DNA from: Camelus dromedarius
Lineage: Eukaryota
Direction of reading: 5' to 3'
DNA: 64,000 nucleotides
Assembly (NCBI RefSeq): GCF_036321535.1
Contig: NC_087437.1
Coordinates: forward strand, 29,824,001 to 29,888,000
The notes under the pieces are model-generated. The model saw only the letters and a program-made list of their open reading frames with translations. It searched no databases and had not been told where the DNA came from. Positions 1 through 9,654 of the stretch are shown here, piece by piece; positions within the stretch are counted from its first letter, which is position 1; every line of letters begins with the position of its first letter. The position numbers and the translations under genes were made by a program.

Positions 1-229
1 GTTTCACCGCAAAGCATAACTGAAATACCACCTTTAATTTTGGTACCAGAGGTAGACATGCTAACATTTGAGTATTACAAACCTGGTATTGAGTATTTAT
101 ACATAGCTATTTGCATTTTTAAAAACTCAGAGTAAGACTTTCTGCACAATGTGTTTAAAAGTAGCTTTTCTCCCCCATTTACCATATTTTCAATTTTTGT
201 ATGAGTAATTATATATCGACACTATTATT

Positions 230-770
230 TTTGGTGGTTGCATTTTACATCACGATTTATTAATGAGTCCCTTACCAATAAACAGTTTGCTTCTAATTTT
301 TTGCCACCATTAAGAAATGTTTGACAGAGATCTTTGAACATATGCCTCTTTGCACACAGCAAAGATTACTTCCTCAGGACTATTTCCTGTATATGGAATT
401 ACTAGCTTGAAGATTTGCCTGTTTTCAAGGTTTTGATTAAATGTCATCTAATTGCTCTTCAGAAAGGTTGTTTACATTCTTAGGGTGAATGAGTCAGAAC
501 TCTCTTTGCCTGCACTTTTACCAACAGTGTTTTTTTTTTTCCTTAATCTTTGTTGATCTAATGGATAAGAAACTATGATCTCATTACTGTTTTAATTTTG
601 TTATTACTATTGGGGCTGAGTGTATTTTTATGTATAGTAGGCATGTGTGTCATTTCTAAAATTCGTATCATTCTTTGCTTATTTTTCCAGTTATCTTTTT
701 CTTATAGATTTGTGAATAATAGTTATTAATGCTTTGGTACATATATATTTAAATATTTTTCTCTTATTTC
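230..770 (-). mobile_element. ancient L1 (L1ME/L1MC-like) fragment
   Basis: Degenerate antisense L1 ORF2-end motifs (ggaattactagc, ctaattgctcttcagaaaggttgt, gatctcattactgttttaatt). Confidence 0.55.
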
Positions 771-1059
771 CCTCTAAGAGAAGATTTCCCTCAGATTTTA
801 GGGGTTTATGTGGACTTTTTTAATACACAAACAAATCTGCTTATTTTATTTATTTAATCTCTGAGACTGGTGTTATCAAATTTATTGTTTAAAAGATAGA
901 GAAGTTTAAATAGTTTCAGAGAGTGTCAGATGTTATCCAAGTAAAATCCAGACCCCTTGGTTTATGTCACACACCACATTCTATTCTACCCATATTTAGC
1001 CAAATTAATCTCCCACAATTTCTAACTGCAAATTCTCTATTCTTGTGAGTTTAGTTTCT

Positions 1060-1240
1060 GGTATGTGCAGCTTGTGAGCTCTGGAGTCTGACAGACTTGA
1101 GTTAGGATTCTGACTCAAACACTCAGCAACAGTATGAGAAGAGCTTTTAGAGCTTCAGCTTCTTCATAGTTAAGTGGAGACAGGATTAATGGAAGATTAA
1201 ATTAGTGCCTGAAATATAGTTGGCACTTAATAAATCTTAG
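1060..1240 (+). mobile_element. MIR SINE
   Basis: gagctctggagtctgacagacttgagtt...tagtgcctgaaatatagttggcacttaataaat matches the MIR head and tail. Confidence 0.7.
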
Positions 1241-1725
1241 TTTCCCAGCCACACCCCCATGTTTCTGCTCCTGCTGGGACATGTCTCTGAAATACTGTCC
1301 ACTTCTCGCAATATTTTTCCTATTCTTCTGGCCCACTTCTACCCAGAGTCCTTCACAGAGACTTTCAGAGAACAGGGAGTTTGCCATACCTTCCTCAGCT
1401 CAGGTGCCTTAAATTTGTAATGTGTCAGATGTAGTTAATCAGTCACATTATAAGCTTCAGGAAGGCTGGCCCAGTGCTTGGCACTTAAATGTACCCAATA
1501 AGCATTAGTGGAATGTATAAATACATGAGTAAAGAATGCATGAGATTTAACTGCAAGGTAATAACGCTAGTTAACAAACTGCACTTAAAAATTAGCCTAA
1601 GTATTATTCCAGACACGTAATTGGTGATAAATGCAAATTTGTTTAGTAAATGTAGCAATAATTGGTATCTCACCTCTGACACCCTGTATCATACCACTGA
1701 ATATTTTAATAGTTCAATATGTCAC

Positions 1726-2030
1726 TGGTGGAAGTGGGTGAAAGTGGCCAAAAGGTGCAAACTTTCAGTTAAAGAAAAATAAGTTCTGGGATGTAATGCC
1801 CAGCATGGTGATCACAGTTAACAACACTGTATTGTACATTCGAAAATAGCAAAGAAAGCAGATGATAAAAGTTCTCATCACAAAAAAAAAGTTTTGTAAA
1901 CATGCCAGGTGATGGATGTTAACTGAACTTATTGTGGTAATGATTTCACAACATACATATACCAAATCATTGTTGTACATCTTAAACTACTGCCATGTTG
2001 TATGTCAACTATATCAATAAAACTAGGAAG
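1726..2030 (+). mobile_element. L1 3' end (L1MA9/10-like)
   Basis: aaaaggtgcaaactttcagtta...ataagttctgggatgtaatg...aacactgtattgtac...ggtgatggatgttaact...tatgtcaactatatcaataaa followed by an A-rich tail. Confidence 0.85.
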
Positions 2031-2121
2031 AAATGAAAATTTTTTAATTAGAAAATAAAATAAAAAATATATACCATCAGAATATACCGGCATAATATAT
2101 CAATCCTAATTGTTCAATATA

Positions 2122-2962
2122 CGGTATTTCTCCAAGTCTAAGAAGCAGTTTGTCTCACATTGTAACATTTCTGAAACTGGAATGTGTCTTACTATTAAAG
2201 AAATAGCTACTGGCCAAGGAGCAATCAAGATATAGTAGGCATTGCCTCTGCTTTTGTGAACATGGTTTTAACTGTTCAAACTGTCATCAGTTCACAGAGT
2301 TCTATACGATTTAAAACTATATGTGTCAAAGCCATATGGTAAGAAATACAGTTGAAGGCAGGAGAAATTGCCAGATGTGTCAGATTAGATGAAAGAAATT
2401 CCAAAGCAACAAGAGACTGAACCAATTCATGCATCACACGAGACCATAGTGAAGGCATGAAACTTCCTTCTGGCCATAATAGAGAGGCTGTGTAGGTTGT
2501 AGTGATGTATGATTAAGTTGAACAAGAAAACTATGCTTTTAGTTGAAGAGGGTTATACCAGCATCAAACTTGTAGAATGCGTGTCTGGCTGGGAAGCAAA
2601 TCCCAGAGACAAGGCTAGGGAATGCCACGCTACCCATGAGCCTGTGGGGGAGAAATGCACACCTTGATGCTCTGTGCAAAAAGGGATTCAGAAGAATTAG
2701 ACTTTGTAGAATTTGTAGAATCTAAAAGTCTACATAATTTGTAGAAATACTTTAATAATTTTTAAACTTCTTTTGCTTGTATTTTCCTTTTCTATATATA
2801 CACATTACTGAAAAATCTATATTGAAGTCTTTTAAAAAGCACCATTTTAATAAGTATTGAAAAAATCGTGTATGATAACACATTGTGTCATGGTTTAATT
2901 GGCAGCCTTCTTTCTTTCTTGTTGGTACATACAAAGATGTCCTAGGTTTGAACAGATAGTAT
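2122..2962 (+). mobile_element. TcMar-Tc2 DNA transposon remnant (Kanga1/MER104-like)
   Basis: Starts ta|cggtatttctccaagtctaaga...cacattgtaacatttctgaaactggaatgtgtctta; decayed transposase tail (aaacttgtagaatgcgtgtctggctgggaagcaaatcccagagaca); 3' part gtttaattggcagc...ggtacata. Confidence 0.65.
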
Positions 2963-3810
2963 AAATTGAATGGCAGCTAAAATGGGCAGCAAGTCTGAAT
3001 TTCCAAGCTTCCCTTACTGAAGGAACAGAGCATGGTGTTTTGTCGCTGTTGTTTTGGTGGGTATTTTTTTGTTGCTTAGGAATGTGATAGGAAGATGTTC
3101 ACAATCATTAGATACACTTGTTTGCAGAACTAGTATAATTTGAAAAGAAGCTAGCTTCTCACACCACCATTCACAACTTATTAACATGTTTCACAGTTTG
3201 CATTCTGAATTAGGTGACACTTCATTTGTCCTTAGCTAAGCACTTTAAAAATTAATTATATTTTCCAATATAAAAGTAGTGTGTTCGTATGGGAAATATC
3301 CTATATTAAAAAGTGGGTAGGTATGAGTATGGAATCAGCCATATTTCTTTGAACCAAACTATTTGGAAAATTTCATTTTTTAGAAAAATTTCCCTCCTCC
3401 ACGCTGGCTGTATGTATCCCTCCGGAAATACTCTAGGCATAAACAAGCAAATCTGTCAGTCTACAAGATATTTTAAGCAGGGGAGCAGGGCATCGGATCT
3501 GTGTTTTAAGACCACGCGAATGCTGAGAGGCACCTGGGTTTCTGCGCTCAGAGCTACGCGCTCCAGTTCACGCATTTCACAAACCCTCGTCTGCCAGGCT
3601 TTCTGGTTTCTACAGGGGAGATCCCCCGGGGGCCCAGAGTTTCGTAAATTACGTCTGGGCAGAGCTCCCACGCTGGTTCCCACGATGTACTCCCGGCAAC
3701 GACTCTGTGCGCCGGCGGCTCCAACGCCGCCCCCAGCCCACAGCTCGCGGCCCGGAAGCCGGGAGTTCGGCACCCAGCCCAGGTGTGCCGGTATGTTCAA
3801 CAGGGACTGA

Positions 3811-3915
3811 GGCGGGAAAGCTGCAGCTCCCGGATGACTGCGATAGAGGCGGGCCCGGGCGTGGCCAAGGCTAAGGGCGGAGTCAAGATTGGGGGCGGAG
3901 CCGACGCCTCAGTCC
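3811..3915 (+). promoter_or_regulatory. TATA-less core/proximal promoter: E2F-like site, Sp/KLF GC boxes, reverse CCAAT box and Inr
   Basis: GGCGGGAAA 3811-3819; GGCGGG 3848-3853; GGGCGTGGC 3857-3865; GGGCGGAGT 3875-3883; ATTGG 3888-3892; GGGGGCGGAG 3891-3900; Inr-like TCAGTCC 3909-3915 (+1 A at 3911). Confidence 0.65.
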
Positions 3916-4021
3916 GCTGCAGAGCTCTCCAGAGCTCCCGCCGCGGCGATTCGATCCCGGACCCGGGCCACCCACGGGGAGGTGGGCGCTCTTTAGCCCT
4001 GGGCTCTGAAAAGCCCTGAAG
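3911..4021 (+). other. ARHGEF26: probable non-coding exon 1 (5' UTR)
   Basis: Lies directly after the GC-box cluster and Inr; donor GAAG|GTAAAT at 4021/4022 gives a 412-nt intron to the acceptor at 4433/4434. 5' end is inferred. Confidence 0.6.
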
Positions 4022-4433
4022 GTAAATCCGCCTGGGAGCTGGGCAGCTAGAGCTCTAGGGGATCAACGATAGGGGCGGGCGGCTGGATGGCGGCGGAGGG
4101 GAGCGTCCTGCGGCGAGTTTCCCAAGAAAGCTGAACTCGTCCCAAGTTTCTTGTGCATCGGTTTCCACCCGGTGAATTGGTGGCGGTCTCTTTCCGTGCG
4201 GGTGGTCTTTAGGCGCGGGAGAGACGCTAAGGGGATTGGATTTATCCGCCTGAGCGCAGCCAGATTTTGTCTGGGACAGTTGCGTGCGGCGAGCACAGTT
4301 TTTGCCTAAGAAAGGGCCGGTAAGTGACACGCAGTTGTGTCTCGCGTCCCAGGCGGGTGATCCCCGGGCTCAGAGGACGCGCGTCTGCAAGGCGCGCCAG
4401 GAGGCAAAGTTCCATGACTTCTTTCCTCTTTAG

Positions 4434-4485
4434 GCAAGACTGACTGGATGCTGTATCCTCCGAGGCTGACCCCCGAGGCTCTACT
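4434..4485 (+). other. ARHGEF26: 5' UTR part of exon 2
   Basis: Polypyrimidine tract and acceptor ttctttcctctttAG|G at 4433/4434, 52 nt before the ATG. Confidence 0.8.
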
Positions 4486-5562
4486 ATGGACGGCGAGAGC
4501 GAAGTGGATTTTTCCAGCAACAGTTTAACCCCTTTGTGGCGAAGGCGGTCAACCCCTCAGCCCCAGCTGCTGGGCCGAAGCAAGCCGCGGCCCCAGTCCT
4601 ACCAGAGCCCCAGCGGGTTGCTGATCACGGATTTCCCGGTGGAGGATCTAGGGACGCTCCCCGCGGCGCAGACTCCTGCCCAGGTGCCCACTGCCTCCGA
4701 CGGCAGGACGGTCCAGAGAAGCCCACTGCTTCTGTGCGCCCACCGAGGGGCAATAACCAATGGGAGGACCGTCTCCCCGGAATACAGAGCTGTCTCTCCT
4801 CGGCTCCGACGGCCTAAGTCACCCCAGGTCCCCAAAGCGGCGTCGGGTGGCTCCCCCAAATCTACAGCCAACGGCACGGTGACCTCGCCTGCGCCGCAGC
4901 TGCTGCACCCACTGCGGACTCAAGCGCCCGCCCCCTGCAGCCCCGAGGGGAACACAGCCGGATTCCCCGCCAGCCCCCTGCCTTCGCCTACTACAAATGG
5001 GCTTACCCCTTACATTGCCTCCTCAGGCGCCCGTTCGCTTCCCGGCCAGGTGGCTAAGGACCCTGAGCGGGGACCCTCAAGACTTTCTCCTGTGCCCCAG
5101 AACAGGTCTTTGGAACAAAAACTACTCCTCCAAAGGCTGCCCTCACAGGAGAACGAGCTCCCGGAGAATCCTTCAGTGGTTTTGAGCACAAACAGCCCCG
5201 CCGCCCTCAAAGTGGGGAAGCAGCAGATCATTCCGAAGAGCCTGGCCTCGGAGATTAAAATAAGTAAATCCAACAGTCAGAACGTGGAGCCTCACAAGAG
5301 GCTGCTCAAGGTGCGCAGCATGGTGGAGGGTCTTGGAGCGCCCCTGGGCCCCGCAGAGGACGAGGGCGAGGCGGAGAACGATGTGGACAGCCCGGGGTCT
5401 CTGCGGAGAGGTTTGCGGTCCACGTCGTATCGCAGGGCAGTGGTCAGTGGCGTTGATTTTGACAGTCCTACCACCTCGACGAAGAAGAACAGAATGTCCC
5501 AGCCTGTTCTGAAAGCAGTGATGGAAGACAAGGAGAAGTTTTCCAGCCTGGGGAGGATAAAG
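4486..5562 (+). CDS. ARHGEF26: ARHGEF26 coding exon 2 (first coding exon, 359 codons; disordered N-terminus with Scribble-PDZ and Dlg1-GK binding motifs)
   Basis: ATG in strong Kozak context (actATGg). Translation MDGESEVDFSSNSLTPLWRRRS...GLLITDFP...LRRGLRSTSYRRAVVSG...EDKEKFSSLGRIK is recognisably SGEF. Donor AAG|GTAAGA at 5562/5563, phase 0. Confidence 0.97.
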
Positions 5563-5700
5563 GTAAGAGTGGGCAAGAGTGTTGCCAAGTCACTCTCTAA
5601 GCTGGGCATTCACTAAGCCGCAAATGAAGGTGTTGGGGGTGGGGAGGAGGGGCATAAAGGAAACCCGAAGTTATTGTTCTTTTTAAATTATATTGTTTGG

Positions 5701-5828
5701 GAGGGAGGGTATAGCTCAAGTGGTAGAGTGCGTGCTTAGCATGCACAAGGTGTAGGCTCAATCCCCAGTACCGCCTCTAAAAATAAATAAATAAACCTAA
5801 TTATACCCCTCCCCCCAAAACAACCCTA
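5701..5828 (+). mobile_element. tRNA-Ala-derived camelid SINE (Vic-1-like) with perfect 17-bp target-site duplication
   Basis: A box TAGCTCAAGTGG 5712-5723, AGC anticodon loop 5738-5740, degenerate B box GGCTCAATCCC, (AAAT)n tail; TSD taaattatattgtttgg at 5684-5700 and 5829-5845. Confidence 0.9.
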
Positions 5829-7064
5829 TAAATTATATTGTTTGGTCATCAGAGCCGTGCACATTTCTCTTGGCCATTGTGTTGCTGGCAGGGAGGAGCT
5901 TTATGGGAGGATCTGAAACCCTTATCACTGTTTAAACTTTCTAAGGTGGGGCAAAATGTGGGGGACAAAGGGGGAAAAACACAGCAAATTAAGTATTGTC
6001 TGAGTAAGTCCTGAACACTTTTAATACAGGTAGTTGAAAAGGGAATGATGGGCAGGCAGGGTTCTGCCCTCTTGACTGTGGTCACCTGAGGCTTGTTTAG
6101 AAGTGTCAGCCATTGGTTGTTGCTGATTCATCACAGCTGATAAAGGAAAACACTGATTTCCTTTGAACCTATTGATTATTTATGTTAAGTGTTTAATTAC
6201 TGAATTTCTTTCAGTGGTGATCACGTACTATATACCATTCAGCTAAAGGGTAAATTTCAAGTCAATTGATGGAATCACAAAAGACGCAAATAATTTGTCA
6301 TATTTGTGGTTGCTCATTTCTGTCACCACTGCTTAGTATCTTATTCCTATTTTGTGGCTACTTAATCCTTGAGTACATTTAACAAGTTGGTAGCTCAAAA
6401 CTTCAGGTTTGAGTGAACGATGGGGTGTTGCTCCCAGATAAAGGCCTAGGAGCTGACATGGTTAAAATATTACCAAATACGACATAAAGAAATAGGAAAA
6501 CTAGAGGAGATTTTGGAGCGTGCATGTATTACCTTTTCCAGACACAAGACAGATCTCAGCAACAGGGCAGATACTCATTTTGGCAGCCACATCTTTTCTT
6601 GATTAATTGGATAACTGGAACCAGTCTGTATAAACGTTGCATGTGTAATACACAAGCAAGCCTGTTTTATTTTAGATCCTATGGCCTTAAAGAAATTACA
6701 TAACATTTTATGTGTCCTCTCCCCCACCTCCCCAACTCTGCGAGTATACCAGAGTTCCATTTAACAATGACGGTGGGTGAATCATGAGTAGTGAAGTAAG
6801 CTGGACTACTGGTCATTTGAGGATTCTCAAGCTGTCTTGACAGAGTGTAGGGGACATTGTACGTTACATTTCACCTTTTTAGTGAATTGTTAGTCATCTG
6901 AGTAAACTACTCAGGGATCATTTGCTATGTGTTTTTGGGACTCTAATGAAAGTAACAACAAAAAAAGTACTTTTTCTTAAGATAGCTGTTATTTTCTGTT
7001 TGGCTCATTCATACATAGTTTGCTTTGCTTTCCCCCCTTATTTTTTGCTTTTCTTGTTTCTTAG

Positions 7065-7104
7065 AAAAAAATGCTGAAAGGACAAGGAACATTTGATGGG
7101 GAAG
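7065..7104 (+). CDS. ARHGEF26: ARHGEF26 exon 3 (40 nt; KKMLKGQGTFDGE-E)
   Basis: Long pyrimidine tract ending ttcttAG at 7064; donor GAAG|GTAAGC; continues the frame from exon 2, phase 0 to 1. Confidence 0.95.
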
Positions 7105-8064
7105 GTAAGCACTTGATTTTCCAGACTTTTATTGCTGTTTCAATGTGGAATATCAATTATAAGTTGAAATCCAACTGAAGTAACAAAAACACAAGGGGAG
7201 AAAAATGTACAACTTCTTCCCAAATTATATAGTGCAAAGCTCTGTGCTAAGCTCAGTTTTCATCTAGTGATACCAGCAGTGAATGAAATTAATGGCATTC
7301 TTTGTAAGCAGATGACTTTGTCAGACCAGTGTTCTGGGATTTTTACTTCTTCTCTACTCTGGCTCTGTCCCGGCTTCCCACAAAAAAATGGAGTAAGAGG
7401 GAGCTCTGGCTCTTCAGTTAAAAATTCTGGGAGTTTGGCATTTAGATCTTAAGTCATATTTCCTTAGACTTAATATTCTTTTCCCAGTATTTTTCTGCAT
7501 TTTGATATCATTTGTGACTTCCTGTTTCTGAATCAAGTTTCAATTTAGGGGAAATCTAACTCTGGCTGACAGAAACATACTCCTCTAAGAATTTGGAACC
7601 CATGCAGTATTTTTGTGACGGATCTCAACACAAAAGCAGCTTCCACCAGGTGTTCAAACCCTAATCAGATTAGTGGACTTTGTGTAAGTAGATGTATTCA
7701 CTGTCAATGTACTGGACGAGCATGAAGGGAGAAGGCCCAGCTGCAGCCCTAGTTGGGCTGGAAAAGCGTGGTGGAGGTGAGGGTAGTTACTTTCTTTCAT
7801 GCTCTGAAATGCTAAGATTTTAAAGAATCATGAAGAAGGGTATGCCCCTCTGTAAGTAAATCTAACATGTAACCACCCAGAATTGTATCACCTTGGGTGA
7901 TGGCAAACATTTCCCCATATAATTTCATAAAAATCAGTTCCCATTGGATCATTCAAACATGACCAATTTCTAAAAATCTACTTATTGTACCAATCTTAGA
8001 AAACTGTTCTCTATGGAGAAGAAACTCAGGTGTAGTTTTTTAGCTGATAGGAATAAATTCATCT

Positions 8065-8190
8065 TCCTGATTTTTATAACTGAGGAATCTGGAAGCTCTG
8101 AGAGGTTTGGTACCTTGTCCACTGTCACATAGCCAGTACTGAGACAGAGATCTGGTTCTCAGTCCAGTTTGCTTCCTCTTGTACCACATT
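8065..8190 (-). mobile_element. MIR SINE fragment
   Basis: tttttataactgaggaatctggaagctctgagaggttt...ccttgtccactgtcacatagccagt is the antisense MIR core. Confidence 0.65.
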
Positions 8191-8502
8191 GTGACCATGA
8201 ATTGAGCAGGGTCTCTACCTAATATCAATTTTGAGAGACATTTTGCATCTTTTAGAATTTGATGTTGATTTGGAGACTTTTGCCTCAAAGGGTTAAAAAT
8301 GTTAAGCTTTTTTTTTTTTTTTTAAGTCAGGGGACAGACCTTCATTATGGCTAGTTTTAAGTTGTTTCCTTTTATAAGGAGCTGTTTCTGTGCACCCTCT
8401 CTTCTCAAAAATGATGACCTAGAAATTCTTTTTCACATATATGTGCATGAGGAATGCAGGATTCTTACAGTTAATGACTGAGAAGAATGTAACTCAGAAA
8501 GC

Positions 8503-8690
8503 TGTGTGGTAGACAGGTGAGAACCTATGATAATGGAACCAGAAATCTGGGTTCCTATTCTACTGCTTCTACTCACCAGTTGAGTGACGTTGAGCAAGCA
8601 TCTTAACTTCACTGAGCCTCAGGTTCATCCTGGGTAAAATGAAGCTGATAATACTATTGCCCACATTTATTTGAGAATGAATGAGACATC
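8503..8690 (+). mobile_element. MIR SINE
   Basis: ctgggttcctattct...gagtgacgttgagcaagcatcttaacttcactgagcctcaggttcatcctgggtaaaatg. Confidence 0.75.
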
Positions 8691-9654
8691 ATATCAACAA
8701 TGGATGTGTATATTTTGTGCTAAACACTGAGTACTTTGAAGGCCACTACAGAGATGGGGGACACTCAGTCTGTACCCTCAGAATCTGCTTTGCACGTGCT
8801 GAGCAATCAGAGAACAGTGAGATCCGGCACAGACTGCGGTGTTACTTAGTGATCATGCATGCATGCAGCGCATGGAGTAGTTGATGAGAGATGAGGCAGA
8901 TGTTTGCTGGCTTCAGTAGATGGGAAAAGCGTTTCGAACTTACTATGTCCCAAACCAAATTCACAGTCTTTCCACTAAAGCTGAATCTCTTCTGGAGTTC
9001 TCTTTTTCCACTTTTCAGTTATGGTACTTAGCTAAGAAACGTCCTTCCCACCATATCCAGTCTGACCCGTATCCAGTCCATCCCCAGTCCTTTCTAAGTC
9101 TCATAGCCCAAGTCTCCATTGTCTTTCATTGACCACTTCAGTAGCATCCTAACTAGTCCCCTAAGTTGTTAATGTTTTTCTCTTCCAATCTAATAAAGTC
9201 TTTCCTTTCAGTGGATTCCCATTACAATCAGGATAAAATATAATCTTTACAATATGAAAGGACCTCAGTCCTGTGTACAGAATATTCAGGATAAAATCCA
9301 GTTCTTTACCACTGCTTGCAAAGCTCTGCTTGACTTGGACTGTCTGGCTCTTCTCCCTAAACTTACCCTGCACCCTTTGACCACTAGACACCCATGCTCC
9401 AGTATGTGACCTTCCTTTATTCCTCTAGGGTAATATATTTCCTCCTGCTGCAGGGCTTTTTTGCATGGGCTTTCTTTTTTTTTTTAGCTCTGTAATTTCT
9501 CAGCTTTCAAATCTTAAGATTTTTCCTCTCTGATCCCCCAGACTAGATCGTATCCTTCTGACAGTCAGTTCTCAGAGCACCTGTATATAAATCTCTCGGT
9601 GTGTAGGTATGTATTTGTGCAAGATCACTGTGTCCTCAACCCTACAGTGACATG

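Larger units (their letters stand above)
3480..5480. promoter_or_regulatory. ARHGEF26: CpG island spanning promoter, exon 1, intron 1 and most of exon 2
   Basis: Abrupt rise in GC and CpG density from ~3480 compared with AT-rich, CpG-poor flanks; boundaries judged by eye. Confidence 0.88.

Noticed and set aside
3313..4520. Several 77-165 aa ORFs on both strands in the promoter region
   Set aside because: Expected in stop-poor GC-rich CpG islands; several have non-ATG starts; no recognisable protein similarity.
4486..5616. 376-aa ORF as a complete single-exon gene
   Set aside because: A strong donor at 5562/5563 and in-frame downstream exons show it is exon 2; the last 17 codons are intronic (kept only as a hypothetical isoform).
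5701..5780. tRNA-Ala gene
   Set aside because: Degenerate B box and acceptor stem, A-rich tail and TSD indicate a SINE, not a functional tRNA; the same applies to the copies at 23333 and 53545.
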